From the human T2T-CHM13v2.0 reference genome, Homo sapiens, in assembly GCF_009914755.1 (NCBI RefSeq), contig NC_060932.1: a DNA stretch of 64,000 nt; one strand, 5' to 3'. Under the pieces are notes generated by a model. The model searched no databases, had not been told where the DNA came from, and worked only from the letters and a program-made list of their open reading frames with translations. Below are positions 42,935 to 58,389 of this stretch, piece after piece. Each line of letters opens with the position of its first letter. The stretch's first letter is position 1. The translations under genes were made by a program, and so were the position numbers.

Positions 42935-43450
42935 TTCTATTCAACAAACATTCACTGAGTGCCCAAGTATGAGGCATTGTACCAGTTGCTGTAGGGAGTC
43001 CAAAACAAAAGCAGTGCCTCTGACCTTGAGGAAGTTCTAATGTATTATGGTAGGTAAGACACGTAAACTGATAAATAGCATACACATTATTATGTGAAAG
43101 TATCCTTAGAGAGGCAAAAACAAATGCAAAGAAAAGAAGATTGTTTCCAAAGAAATGAGGCAAATCCAGGGAGGTTTCATGAAGGTGGCAAAGTCAGATA
43201 TGTGTAAGATTCTTATAGGATAGAGAGGGGAAGAGTCTATTACCCAGAGATAAGCCAGTATGAACTCAGAGATATGGGACAACATTAATCATTCATGGGC
43301 TTAGTCTGATTTGACGAGTACATGAATACAGAAAGGGCTTTAATGGGAATGAAGGCTTGAAAGTTTGACGAGGTCAGATTGTGGAGAGTTTTGATGTCAA
43401 TGTAGTAGTCTAGTCACTACTTTGTACACAATGAGGGGTTATAAGACGAA
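42935..43450 (-). mobile_element. L2 fragment
   Basis: attcaacaaacattcactgagtgcccaagtatgaggcattgt...tgaccttgaggaagttc. Confidence 0.7.
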
Positions 43451-43725
43451 TGAGGTAGAAATAGAAGCTTCATAAAGGAAGACCCTTTTCATTCTTTTCA
43501 ATCCTTGCTTGGCATACATCTAACTCCTAATAAATACTTGTTGAATAAATTAATGAATTGCCATCACATGGCCAAGGCTATGTTTTAGGAATGCAATAGA
43601 GGATAAAATGAGTTATGAAAAAGAAAGACTAGAGAAAAGGAAACCAGGCAGGAGGCTACTGTGTTCCACGGACAAGAAAGAACAGAAAGTTAAGTAGGCT
43701 TCTGGCAGTACACATAGCATTTAGG

Positions 43726-44046
<321 letters not shown>

Positions 44047-46338
44047 CTATGAGAGTCATTGGTGAATCAAAGCTAGAACCTGTTGATCATAGGATATATG
44101 GAGAAAAATGAAAAAGGAATCAGATATAGAACCCAAACATTGAGCCTAATGAGAAAGTAAAACCCATAACAAAAATAATAATAGTTGGCTCTGAAGTTAA
44201 TGTTGATTTGTTTATGTATTCCAAGAATACCTTTTAGGACCTACTGTGTGCCAGGAACTTCTCTAGACATTCTAAATACATTAGCTGCAAAACAGACAAA
44301 ATAGACAAAAGTAGAATTTTGGTAAACATCCATCTTTTAATGGCTTAAGGGTAGAAGAATAGTTAAGAAGGAACAAATGAAGCGACTTTTTACTCACTTA
44401 GAAATGGAAAAACTATTTTTTAAATCTGATTCAAAATGTCTACCTGCCTAGAATTAGGTCCAGGTCTGTAAATCTCCATTCTTCACCACTTTCCATTTTC
44501 TCCCTAGATTGGTCAGGAAGAACTAATCACCTACCATGAGTCTTCTATGAACCTTCAATTCTCATGTGATATAGAAAAACTCAAAAGATGAAACTGCTGT
44601 TGTAAATATAATTTGGGAATCGATTTCTCAATTTTGCTATATTCTTTCTTATATTTAACAGCATTTCAATCATAGAACTTGACATACAGAAAGTATCCAA
44701 ACGTGCTCGTTGAATTAAAATTGAGTGATCAATGCCTGAACTTTGGAGACGTGTATGGATGACTTAGGCGATGTAACTACCATTTAGCAAAATAGACTTG
44801 AATGATGCAGTATGCAAGCTTTCATTTAGGGGCTCAGTCTAGTGTTGACACAATCTGCTGATTCCAGGACCTGGTTGACCTTCCCACACAGAGCCCCCAG
44901 AAGGTCATTGGGTTCAGTTCCCTTTCTCTAGGCAGTTGAAACTTAAAACATTAAAGCTAGTATTATATATTCCCTTTCATTAATGTATGTTTGAAAACAT
45001 CATATACATTTAAGACAATAGTACATTAAGAACCACACCTGTTCTGATGAAGTTGATGTTTATTTCCAATTATTCTCATTGTGTGTTTGAGTATGTAAGA
45101 GAGTTTAACATTGAGACACTTTCAGACCATAATTCTATCAGTTTGTTCCCAAAATAAGCCATCCATGTGCTTTTACATTGCAGTTAATGAAATTCTGCAT
45201 TGTTAGGACAGATTCATTTAGAACAGGCTTAAATTTTAATTTTAAAAATTTGGTTTTCAAGAATTGTACAGCTTGTGGGATTTAAACTTCAGATTAGGTT
45301 CCTAGAAATGTTCCCTTTTAGTTCTTCAAGAGGTGAGCTGAATGAAGATAGCACTAGCAATAGAATTTGGGTTGTGTATTAAATGAGAATAAAAACTGCT
45401 CTTGATTTTTTTACTGAGATTTAAAAGAACTCACCAAATGTTTTCTTTATTCAGACAAGGGAGCTAAAGGCTATAAGAGCAACTTGTCTGGATTAGAAAT
45501 TTGATTGTTTGCACTGTTGTTTAGTTTTGTTCCTTAATGTGGACCAGAATGTCAGGGGGTCTTCTGTGAGTGAAGCTGAGAAGAGCAGAGATGAAGGGTG
45601 GGACCTGAAGGAAGAAGCTGTGAGGTATGTGTGGGAGCAGTGTGTGTAGGGGGAAGTGGAGATCAAAGAATCATCAGCTCCTCGGCCTTCCACAGCCGAA
45701 AAGCCTTTAGCAACTCTTTGATGTCCAATTTGCCCTCTGCTCCCAATCAAGAGTGTGTCTAGGGACTTGAGTGAAGAAGGATTTGGCAGGGCCGTTTTAG
45801 GACTCTGTGAGGCAGAGAGTATCTTTTGAGCACCTTCTGAAAGGTGTGCAGAAAAATTACTGTAATTTCTGACCTACAGGAGCTTACACTCTAGTTGGTA
45901 GATAAAACCTGAGTGACTTGACCAATTCACTCAGCCAAGGACCTTTGACAAACAACAGAAATTTTCAATTGTGTCATGGTTGTGGTTTCTATACTTAACA
46001 CAGTACTTTATTAAATTAATTATTAGGAATAAAAAACCTGAACACTGTGTTATCATTTTTTTCCAGTAGGGTGTCCACTCTCAGTTATGTTCCTACATTG
46101 ACTCTCTTTTCCTTCTCTGTGATCCATTTTTGATGTTTCATTTTTTACATTCAAAGTTGGTGTGAGTCGTATACGATGTTATGGTCATACCTTTTTCTTA
46201 CTGTTAATCTTATAAAATAATTAAATCTGAACTGCCCTCTGGACAATGCAGGTTTTGGTAGGACAACTTACTGCAAAATTAACCTTAAATTTGGAACTCC
46301 TGAAAGGACAAATTTGAGATTATATCACTGAAAATATG

Positions 46339-46407
46339 GAACTGATAACTGAACTGATAACTTAAATGACAACTTAAATAACTTCCATGACAACTTAAAT
46401 GACAACC
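46339..46407. repeat. Degenerate 12-bp minisatellite (gaactgataact to taaatgacaact)
   Basis: About six diverging units are visible. Confidence 0.8.
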
Positions 46408-47583
46408 TAAGTAATCGCTGATGAAAAAGACAATTAGTGTTCTCTTTTCTGAAGTTAAACAAGATTCCTGAAGATTTGCAGACACACAAATTTAAAAACT
46501 AATATATGGTTTCCTTTAAATCAATGTTCTTCTTCCACGAAGTTAACATCACATGGAGCTTACATCTAATACAGAGAAGTTGCAAAATAAATAGACTCTT
46601 TTCCTCATTCAAACCAGGTCTGTGAATCTGAATTTCTTTGTTCTGACCTCCTTGATTTGCACTAGTGATTTCTCCACTTACTAGGACTGCAAACACATGA
46701 ATTTCTCTTTTCATCTTAACTAGGCAGAAGGGAAAGCAGAGATCTTCAGGGAAAAATCTTACAAAACTACTAGTAGCTTTAGAAGGCTGCTGAAATTAGG
46801 TTATGTGACCAATTTGGCATGCTTGTTCAGCCAGGACCATGTTGACAAGAAAGGCCTAGTCTTCAAGAGAATACTATCATCTGTCTCTGGATTAAAATAC
46901 AAAATGAAATAAAGTTATGTTCTTCACAATGAAGTTCTATTACATATCAGAGTTTTAAACATCTTGCAACCCACCCTCTTCTAAAAATATTTCCACTATG
47001 ACCTTAGTTCTTTCCTGGATCTTTAAGGGCAAAAATTTTAATATAAGACAAAAGCCATATAAAAACACCAGTTAATATTACTTTGCTTAGTGTATTGTAC
47101 TTCTATATTTTAAAACTCCATGTATTTAATTAAGAAATTTCAATTTTAAGAGACAACTCAAGCCAATCAAGGAAATGTACTGTGAAGACAACAAAAGAAA
47201 TTTTATGATTCTAGTATTCTTCCATTTTTCAGTCTTAAAAGGAAAATGCAGAGGCTGTGTGTGTGCATGTGTGTGTGTGTGTTTTGGGGGAGGTGTCTAT
47301 GCAGATTAAAGAATTTTCAGAATAATCTCTTTTTAATGATTTTATATTCCTCTTAGTAACTCTAATAATAATTCTGTATTCCTCTTAGTAACTTAGTAAC
47401 TCTTCTTTGATTAATAACAAAATACCTCATATATATAATGAAAATAAAGAGATGGGCCATGTGAAAGAATAAGTAAGTTGGAAGTAAGGATTAGAATATT
47501 ATTAGAATTCAGAACTCATATCAAACCTTTCATCAAAGACATTGTTTCAGATAGGAAGGGCTATATGGATTGAGATGATAATA

Positions 47584-47735
47584 AATTGGAGATCAAACTG
47601 AATAGTGTATTGGAGAAACTGGTTGTAAGCCAAGTGTGTGGTGTGTATATATTTATTATCTTTGTAAGAAAAGCCTATGAAAGGCAAGGTATTCATTTGA
47701 CATTAAGGAAAGGTGGTAGTGGTGAAGAACTGTGC
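47584..47735 (+). repeat. Local dispersed duplication, copy 1
   Basis: Collinear with 50068-50220 (aattggagatcaaact, ggagaaactggtt, tggtgtgtatatattt, ggtggtagt). Confidence 0.88.
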
Positions 47736-48810
47736 CTAAGTATTTTGATGACATGCTTTGAACCTTACAGGCCATGTTAAGACCAAAAAACTGTGTGTAT
47801 GTGTGGATGGGTATATAAAAGAATAGGAGAGCAAGAAGGGGAACTGGTAGGGTTCAATGTGCATTCAATTTCAAACACTGAAACCCAGCCAAGAGGCCAA
47901 TATGCTTAGATATGCATTAGGATTAGTATCAGCAATCATTCTGGGGCTTTTAAGAAACGTTAACAGTCTTTAAAAAGGAACATTGTGCAATCTGTAAAAA
48001 TAATCAAAGGGATGTGAAAAAGGCTTGCTTTTTATCCCAATATTTACAACCAATCACTAAGCATCCTTTTTGCCCCAAGTCCTATGGACTTAAGAATAAT
48101 GGAGTGGGTTGAAGAGAAATGGAGTGTTCTGGAAAAATGTGGAGTCTGGGGATTAGGAGAATAGATTAATTAATCATTTATTTTCTTTTAAAAAAGTGAG
48201 TTAAGATAGAGGTCCACCTCAATAATGGTCAACCTTTGGTATGTAATTGACGAGCCTTCATTTTATGATACTGAAGTTACAAAAGAAAGGAGAATCTAGT
48301 GTTTAAACACTGTGTGGCAAAGAAGATCCACACACCAAGATGACAGTATTAAAACCAACTGAATAGAAAAACAAATCATAGTATAGAAACCTACATTTAC
48401 TCTTGGATTTACTGTGAAAAAATGGCATGTAGGCCTGACTTCGAAGGCCAACAGAGAACAGATGCATTGAAGTCTGGGTTATATTACACTAATCTCTTAA
48501 GGTTCTCTTATCTAATCACTTTCTGACAATTGCTAAGTGCCAGGGATATGATAGCCACTATATAAATATAAGAGATTATCCCAGCTTCTCAGGAGAAATC
48601 TATCTAATAGACATCAAAACCAGCCTAGGCATTCCATGCCCTCTTACTTTTGCAGAAACAGGGACAAAGGCAAATCAAATCTTTCTTAACAGAAGACCTG
48701 TATTTACCAATTTTGAGTTATTTTCACTTTACATTCCTGTACATACAATAGCATTTTTGAATGCTAGATTCTCTAGAAGCAAAATAACAGTAGGTGATAT
48801 TTAGCTTCTT

Positions 48811-49160
<350 letters not shown>

Positions 49161-49303
49161 TGAAATAGTCATGCAAATTAATTCTGATCTGTAGGCCCTG
49201 TCAGGCAGAAAAAAGTAACAACAACAAAAAGATGTCATAAAGTGGAGAAGTGAATATTGTAGCAAAAATTATAAGACTTCTATATTCCCAAAAGTTCTGT
49301 CTT

Positions 49304-49560
49304 TAGGCAGTAGAATAACAATGTGCTTTGGAGTTCAACACACACGGGTCTAAGAACCATCTCTGCCATGTGGTATAGTAACATCTTTCCCAAGTTATTA
49401 ATAACTTTGAGCCTACAGGTTTCCTAATCTATAAAATAACAAAAATACATACCTCACAGCGTTGTCATGAAAACTGGAGAAGGCCACTTATATAAATGCT
49501 CAGCATAGCGCCTGACACCCAGTAAACACTCAATAAAGAGCAGCTGTTTTGTTACCATTA
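49304..49560 (+). mobile_element. Near full-length MIR
   Basis: gctttggagttca...tacctcacagcgttgtcatga...gcctgacacccagtaaacactcaataaa. Confidence 0.8.
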
Positions 49561-49826
49561 TTTGTGACCAGTAAATCATGTAAAAGACTGAGAACTGTAG
49601 AAAATGTGTTTTTTGGCAAGGAGAGGGACACATGCTGTCTTACGTCTCTTAGAAAACAATAATGTGTCTTATGTCCCTAAAAAATACATATGGAGCAAAG
49701 TGCCAAAGCAGACATATTACAGTAATAAGGGGGCAAATTTATTTTTAGATCTTGACAACTCTGAGTCCCAACTCCTCAATTCCTCCTTTGTCAGAAATCA
49801 GCAGATGTGGATATATGACTCTATTC

Positions 49827-49886
49827 TGATATTACTCTTTTTTTATATTATACTCTTTTTTTGATATTACTCTTTTTTGATATTAT
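49827..49886. repeat. Short tandem repeat, unit tgatattactctttttt (about 3 copies)
   Basis: Directly visible. Confidence 0.8.
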
Positions 49887-50067
49887 ATGATAAAATGTAT
49901 CATATATTTCTCCATGTTTCTCCCTTAATGCCTAACAAAATGCATGAAATACAGTTATTCAATAAGTATTTGATCAACTGCATTTATAAAAGCACTGCAA
50001 TACATTTGGTGCCACTTTTTTATTCAATAATCATTAGGTAATTTGGTTTTTTGAAGAGAAATTGGAG

Positions 50068-50220
50068 AATTGGAGATCAAACTAAAATATTGTATAGGAG
50101 AAACTGGTTTTAAACCAGGTTGTTTGGTGTGTATATATTTCCTATTTTTCTAGAAAATTCTAAGAAAGATAATGCTTTCCTTTTGACACCACGAGGGGTG
50201 GTAGTAGTTAAGAAATGTGC
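50068..50220 (+). repeat. Local dispersed duplication, copy 2
   Basis: Collinear with 47584-47735. Confidence 0.88.
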
Positions 50221-51756
50221 ACAATTGTGTGCGTGGGTGTGTGTGTGTGTGTTTCTTGATCTTCTTCCCTTCAGCTTATACAGATGTAGTTAATACCCAG
50301 GTCTAAAACACTGTGTGGCTGAACATTGAAACTATTTTTATTTTTATGTTTATACAAAGTAAGACCAAAAATTGGATTGACCTTTATTATATATCTTCAA
50401 TGATAAATACTGGGAAATTAAACTGCTGAGGATTTAACCCTGAGATTTGCTTGTATTTGTCCTGTGATTGCTCTTCCACTATACCACTGCAATCTTTTGT
50501 GTATCCCCTGCTTAATATGTGCACTTGTCTTTGCATCCCACTAAGTTGCAAACCTTGGGGGGGCAGAATTACTTTACTCATTTGTTTACCCATGGCTTCC
50601 TGCCTGAGTCCCCCACACCTTCATTTGGTCTTGCTTAGCTTTTGTTTTTTTTTTTTTTAGCTCCTTTCTCACTAGCTTTTCCATTAAGTAAAGAAAGTAC
50701 AGGCTCTACTTTGTGGACATTTTTTTTCTCTTATGGTTTTCTTATCCAGAGAAATGGAAACATCAAATGGAAAGTACATTGAAGTGTGGGAGCTCAAATA
50801 GGCTCAAACTGGCTCATACTTTTCTGAGTATTTATCTTTTTTATACAGGACCTGATAAACCAAAATTCTGTTTGAAAAGAATATCATTCTACATTTATGA
50901 GTTTATTTTCTGAAAATGAAAGTTTCCAGAAGTGGAATGCTAGATCAAATGATATGCATGCTTATAGTTTAATAAATATAGGTAGATTTACATTTCAAAA
51001 TGTGTAGAAATTGCCAGACTCATCATTAGTGTATAAGAGTGCTGTTTCCTCACAATCTCGTGGGCATTTTGTGTTAACATGATCTTAAATGTTTGACAAT
51101 ATGAAGGGGCAAACGTTTTATTGTGTTGTTGTTTTTATTATTTATTGTTTGTTTATTTAATTTTATTTTTAATTGATGAAAATAGTACATAGTTATGGTA
51201 TCTTACATGATGTTTTGATATGTGTATACATTGGCTAAATCAAGCTATTTAATATATGTATATTAATTCAAATAATGGTTTTTTGTGGTGACATTTAAAA
51301 TTTATTCTGTTAGCAATTAACAAACATATACTATATTGTTGTCAGTCACCATGATGTACAATAGTTTTCTTACACTTATTTCTCCAGTGTAACTGAAATT
51401 TTGTGTCCTTTGACCAATATCTCTCCAATTCTCCCATTTCCCAGCCTCTGGTAATCACCATTTTCAATCTCTGTTTCTGTGAGTTCAATTGTTTAGATTC
51501 CACATGTAACTGAGATCATATAATATCTGCTTTCCTGTGCCTGACTTGTTTCACTTAATATAATGTCCACTATCACAAATAACAGGATTCCCTTCTTTTT
51601 AAAGGCTGAACGGTATTCTATTGTGTATGTATACCACATTTTCTTCGTCTCTTCATCCGTACATGGACACTTAAATTGATTCCATACCTTGACTATGGTG
51701 AATAATGTTGCAGTGAACATGGGAGAGCAGGTATCTATATCTCTTCAACATACTGA

Positions 51757-52178
<422 letters not shown>

Positions 52179-53394
52179 GCTACTTTACATTTCTACCAAC
52201 AACCTACAAGTGTTCCTTTTGCTCCACATCCTTGCCAACATTTATCTTTCGTTTCTTGGAAAATAGCCATTCTAACAGATACGAGGTGATATCTCATTGT
52301 TATTTTAACTTGTATTTCCCTGACAAATAGTAATGTTGAACACTTTTTCATATAACTGATGGCCATTTGTATGTCTTCTTTTGAGGAATGTCTATTCAAT
52401 CTCTTTGTTCATTTTTTAATTGGGTTATCTGTTTTCTTACTTTTGAGCTGAATTCCTTATACGTTTTGGATATTAACCCCTGATCAGATATATGGTCTGC
52501 AAATATATTCTGTCGTTCCATAGGTTACATCTTCACTCTGTTGTTTACTTTGCTGCTCAGAGGTTTTTTAGACGATGTAATCCCTTTTGTCTATTTTTTC
52601 CTTTTGTTGTCTCTGCCTTTGAGATCATATCTAAAAAATCATTGCCCAGACCATGCCACGGAGATTTTCCCTATCTTTTCTTCTAGTAGTTTTACTATTT
52701 CGGGGCTTATACTTAACTTTTTATCCATTTTGAGTTGATTTTTTTTCATACAGTGGGAGATGAAGGGTTTTTTTTTTGTTACATGTGGATATACAGTTTG
52801 AAGAGATTGTTATTTTGCTGTTGTGTATTATTGAAAATCTTTGTCAAAACTCAACTACCATAAATGTGTGGATATATTTCTGGGCTTTCTATTCTCTTCC
52901 ATTGGCCTATATGTCTGATTCTAGGACAGTAGCAGGCTGTTCTGATTACTATAGCTTTGTAATAGATTTTGAAATCAAGTAGTGTGATCCTCTGACTGTG
53001 TTCTTTTTACTCAAGATTGCTTTGGATAGTTGGGGTCTTTCATGTTCCCGTATGAACTTTAGGATTTGTTTTTATATTTCTGTGAAAAATATCATTGGAA
53101 TTTTGATAGAGATCCTGTACATTTTCTTCATTGAAAGTGTATATGGCTTTGGGTAGTGTAGACATTTTAACAATAGTAATTCTTCCAATCCATCAACCCA
53201 GGATACCTTCCCATTTATTTGTGTCTTCTTCAATTTCTTTTATCAATGTCTTATAATTTGCAGTGTACAGATTTTTCACTTCCCTTGTTAAATTTATTTC
53301 TGAATATTTTATTTGTTTGTTGCTATTTTAAATGGGATTATTTTCTTGATTTCTGTTTTAGATAGTTCATTATTAATGTATAGAAAATCTACTG

Positions 53395-53600
53395 TTTTTT
53401 TTTTAAGGTTCAGAGATACATGTGCAGGTTTGTTACATAAGTAAACTTGTGTCATGGGGGTTTGTTGTAGAGATTATTTCACCACCCAGCTATTATGCCT
53501 AGTATCCATTAGTTATTTTTCCTGATCCTCTCCTTCCTCCCAGTTCCACCCTCTGATAGGCTCCAGTGTGTGCTGTTCTCTGTGTGTCCATGTGTTCTCA
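53395..53600 (-). mobile_element. Short L1PA12/13-like 3' end
   Basis: tacatgtgcaggtttgttacataagtaaacttgtgtcatgggggtttgttg...ttttcctgatcctctcc. Confidence 0.85.
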
Positions 53601-54881
53601 GTAGATGTTCAGCTAACATCATGAAGAAAATATACTAATTTGTGTGTGTGATGCTCTGTATGTGCTTCAAAGGAATGTGTACTCTGTTGCTATTGAATGA
53701 CATTTCTGTATATTTTTGTTAGGTCTATTTGGTCCAATTGTAGTTCATATCAAATGTTTTTTTTAATTGATTTTCTGTTAAGATTATCTGTCCATTTTTT
53801 GAAAGTGAGCTATTGAAGACTCCTTGTAATGTTGTATTATAGTCTTTGTCCCTCTTCAGATCAATTAATATTTGCTTTATTTATTTAGGTGATCCAATGT
53901 TGGGCACATATGTTTAAAATTGTTATATCCTCTTGATGAATAGACGCTTTTATCACTATATAATATATATATAAAAAATAATTTTCTTTTTCTCATTTTA
54001 GTTTTTGACTTAAAATCTATTTTATTCAATATAAGTATTTCTTCTCTTTTGGTTTCTACTTTCATGGAATATCTTTGTCCATTCTTTCACTTTTAATTTA
54101 TATGTGTCCTTGAAAGAGAAGTGAGTCTCTTGTAGGCAGCATAGAATTGGGTCATGGTTTTTGGTCCATTCAGCTCTATGTCTTTTGATTGGATAATTTA
54201 ATTCACTTATATTCCAGGTAATTATTGATAGGTAAGAACTTACTACTGCCATTTGTTAGTTAATTTCTGGTTGTTTTATAGATCCTTTGCTCCTTTATTC
54301 ATCTCTTGTTATCTTCCTTTGTGATTAGATGATTTTCTGTAGTGGCATGCTTTCATTCTTTACTTTTTAAAAAATCATTCATGTATCTATTACAGGTTTT
54401 GCTTTATGGCTACCATGATAATTATATACAATAGCTTGTACTTATGAGAAGCTATTTTAAGCTAATAACAAATTAACTTCTATTGAATAAAATAACTATA
54501 CTTTTTTCACCCATATTTTATGTTTTTGTTGTCACAATTTACATCTTTTTACATTGTATATCCATCCCTTAATCAGTTGTTGTAGCTATTATTGTTTTTA
54601 ATAGTTTTGTCTTTTAACCTTCATACTAAAGATATAAGCAATTTACACACCACTGTTAAAGTATCAGATAATTCTGAATGTTACTGAGTATTTACTTTTA
54701 CTAGTGAGTTTATACGTTAATATGTTTTAGAGTTACTAATCTTTTTCTTTCAGCTTGAAGAACTCCCTTTATTTTTTCCAATTAAACAGGTCTGATGGTG
54801 ACAAACTCCTTCAGCTTTTATTTGCCTGGAAAGATCATTTATCTCTTTTATTTCCGAAAGACAGCCTTTCCAGGTACATTA

Positions 54882-55173
54882 TTTTTTTTTGAGATAGGGT
54901 CTTGCTGTGTTGCCCAGGCTGGAGTGCATGGCTCATTGCAGCCTCAATCTCCTGGTCTCAATTGATCTTCCCACCTTGGCCTCCCAAGTAGCTGGGACTA
55001 CCAGCAAGCACCACCACACCTGGCTAATTTTTGTCTTTTCTGTAGAGGTGGGATTTTGCCATGTTACTCAGACTGGTCTCAAACTCCTGGGCTCAAACAA
55101 TCTGCCCACCTCGGTCCCCCAAAGTGCTGGGATTACAGGTATAATCCCACAGTGTGAGTCACCATGCCCAGAC
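54882..55173 (-). mobile_element. AluJ
   Basis: gcagcctcaatctcctgg, aaactcctgggctcaa. TSD aggtacattatt / aggtacagtatt. Confidence 0.92.
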
Positions 55174-58100
55174 AAAGGTACAGTATTTTTAATTGGCAGT
55201 TGTTTTTCTCCTTCATTGCTTTGAATATATTATCCTACTTTCTCCTAGCATTAAGATATCTGCTGAAAAATCTGCTGCTAGCTTTATTAAAATTCCTGTT
55301 TATGTAATTTGCTTCTTTTCTCTTGATGCTTTAGGCATTAAAATTATTTTGTAATTTTGTATAGTTTTATTTTGATTTTTTATAGTTTCCTTATATCTTG
55401 GTGTAGTTTTGTTTGGATTGAATCTGATTAGAGACCCTTGACTTTCCTGTACCTCGATATTTATATCTTTCCCCCAAATTGGAAAGTGTTCAGTTATTTT
55501 TTTTAACCATCTTTCTGTCTCTTTGTCTTTCTCTTCTCCTTTTTAAACTCCTGTAATTTGAATATTTGTTCTTTTAATGCTGTTCTATAAATCCTGCTAA
55601 CTTTCTTCATTCCTATTCATTGTTTTTTCTCTTCTGACAGTATATTTTCAAATAACCTCTCTTCAAGTTCACAGATTTTTTTTTCTGCTTGATCAATTCT
55701 GCTATCAACCTCTCTACGGCATTTCTTATTACATTTATTGTATTTTTAAAATCCAGAATTTCTGGGTTTTTCTCATAATTTGAATCTTTCTTTTAACTTT
55801 ATCATTTTGGTGGTTTACTGTCTTCTGAATTTATAAAATTGTTTGTCTGTATTTTTCTTAAAGTTTGCTGAGCTTCCTTAAACAGTTATTTTGAATTATT
55901 TATTTAAGTATTTTGTATATTTTCATTTCCTTAGGATCAGCTATTGGGAGATTGTGTTTGTGTGTGTGTGTGTGGTGTTACGTCTTCTTAGTTTTTTTTT
56001 TTTTTTTTCATGTTTCTTGTTGACTTACATTGATGTCTGCTCATATGGTATAACAGTCAACTCTTGCAGACTTTAAAAACTAGTTTGACTGTGGAAGATG
56101 TTCCCCTACAGTGGGGTGCAAGGGCACTCCTTGTTGAGATGCAAAAGTTCTGGAAACACTGGGGGTGCCTACTGTGTAGTCTCTGTGCAGATCTGTCTGC
56201 TAAGGGTGCTGTTGGCAACCATCACAGGAATCCTCAGCATCAGTGCTGTGGATGTCTGCAGTGGCAGCAAAAAATTGTTGGAGTCTTTGGAGATAATAGC
56301 AACTAAGGTCTTCCTGATGTCTTTTTCTTTCGCTGGGGAAGTTCTGACTGAGTGGATCGCTCTTAGAACTGCGTCCTGCTGTAGGCCTGCTCTTGTTGGC
56401 AGTAGTCTGATGGGTGGCATCTGTGGAGCATCTATGAGGCTGAGGCTTAAAGTATGGGCATGCATGGAGGGACTACAGCTCTGGAATCTGGGGCAGTACT
56501 GTCACTGATGTAGGCACCTGGCTACTGTATCGGTAACTGTATGTGACGTGCTTATAAAGTGGTCAGGGAGCCAAGAACTGGAGTACAGGCATCCACAGAT
56601 TTATAGTGGCTCCAGGATCAGTGCAGGGCCTAGCTCTCTACGTTAGCTGAGCTGCTTCCTGGAGGTACTCAGATAGGCCTTCAGGGCCTTCAGGGCCCAG
56701 AATGTGGACCGACTTCTTATGGTTGTGGCTCCAGCTTCTGAGATGTGAGAAGGTTTAGTGCAGCCACAGAGCCTGTTTGGAGTGTGAGCACTCTCGAGGT
56801 GGCCAAGACTTGAGAATTACAGCATGCATGAGGTTGGGAGAGGTGGTTACTCTATTTCTGAAGTGGCTTGATACTGGCTGCTTCTTGATGGGGGAAGAAT
56901 GTGCAGCTGTATCTCTCTATCTCTGTGGTTCAACAGTGGGAAAGGCTGTTGCTTAGCTCAATGGCAAAAGATCCTCCTCTGTGGAGCAGGTCACTGGGCA
57001 TCATGTTGATTTCCACCACATGGCTGATACTAATATCCTCCAACTTTCTTCTTTGTTCCTAGATGTCTCCTGGCATCTCAGATATGCTAATTTCATCAGA
57101 AATTCTTCCTATGTGAATATTCTACATATTTTTGGCCTCACTATGTTGCTGGAGTTTCTTAATTGAGCCCTTGAGCCCTCTCAGTGTTATTTTGGTTTTG
57201 GGCTGGTTATCTATGTTTGTTTTATTGTCAGGTGATAAAGGCTGGCATCTCCTACTCTGTCATTTTGGTAACATCATTCCTTGCTGCTTTTGTTATAATT
57301 TCCCTGAATATCAATTTTTTGAGTTGTATGTTCTCTTTACTAATTTGAAGAACTACTTGTATCTTGAGAGTATTAATCATGTTTTATTTGTGTAGAAAAT
57401 GTTTTCTTCTAACCTGTAATTTTTCTTTTAATTTTGTTAAGTTGCTTCTTCCCATCCAAAGGTATTTTTGGTTTGTTGTCTTGTAGGTTCTTCTGATATT
57501 TTATTTTTCCTTTACATCTTTTTGTTTTCATCTTCTTTACTAGGCTTCCCTCTTTCCCAAGTTAATACACATAGATATTTTTTTCTTTTAATACTTTTAT
57601 TTTTATGTTTGGAACTTTTGTCTTGAATTCATGTTTGTCTATGGGCACATAATTGACTACATTTATTTTCTTCTAATAAATAATCATTCCCAAAACCAAT
57701 TTTTGGTAAATCTGTCATTTCCTCATTGACTTGTAGGGCTCAGATTTTTCATCTATTGAATTCTACAGATAGAATTTTTTTCTGGTTTTGAATGTTATTC
57801 CTTAATTTATTTGTGTATGCCTGAAAAAGTGCTTTATTATTTTGAACATAGTAACATTATATTAAGTTTAACAAGCAACAAAGCCCTCACAATATCACCA
57901 TTATTGTGTTTTAAGACTTTCCTACAATTCCTGCATTTTTTTCCACATGAACTTTAGAATCAGTTTATTACATTTGAAAAATAATTGCAGAATGTTTAAA
58001 TTATAAGAAATGTCAAACAATACCAATGTCCATATGTAGGAAAAGGGTTGAATAGTTTAGTGCAAACATACATAGAACACACATGCTGATGGATGGGGAG

Positions 58101-58389
58101 AAATGTATGAAAGTGGAGGTGTATCCAACTCCTACTTATACTATTCTCAGAAAGAATGTTCACTCCTTACTAGGGTAGCCTGCCCTTCAGTGGCTCTGAC
58201 TGTGACATAGGGAATCTGTACTCTGGCTTCCCCTTCCCCTTCTCACTGTCTTAGCTCCACCATCTGGGGTCACTTAGGAGGCATTTGTTCAAGGTTCCTC
58301 TCAGTGGGGCACTCCGTCCAACCTCAGCCCGCACCCCAGCTCTAGTCAGGAAGCATCTGCTCATTTACTTATAGTTACTCCAAAGAGCT

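Noticed and set aside
56064-56508. Overlapping ORFs in a GC-richer region resembling a promoter or exon
   Set aside because: The region lies in the 5' UTR of the L1MA element.
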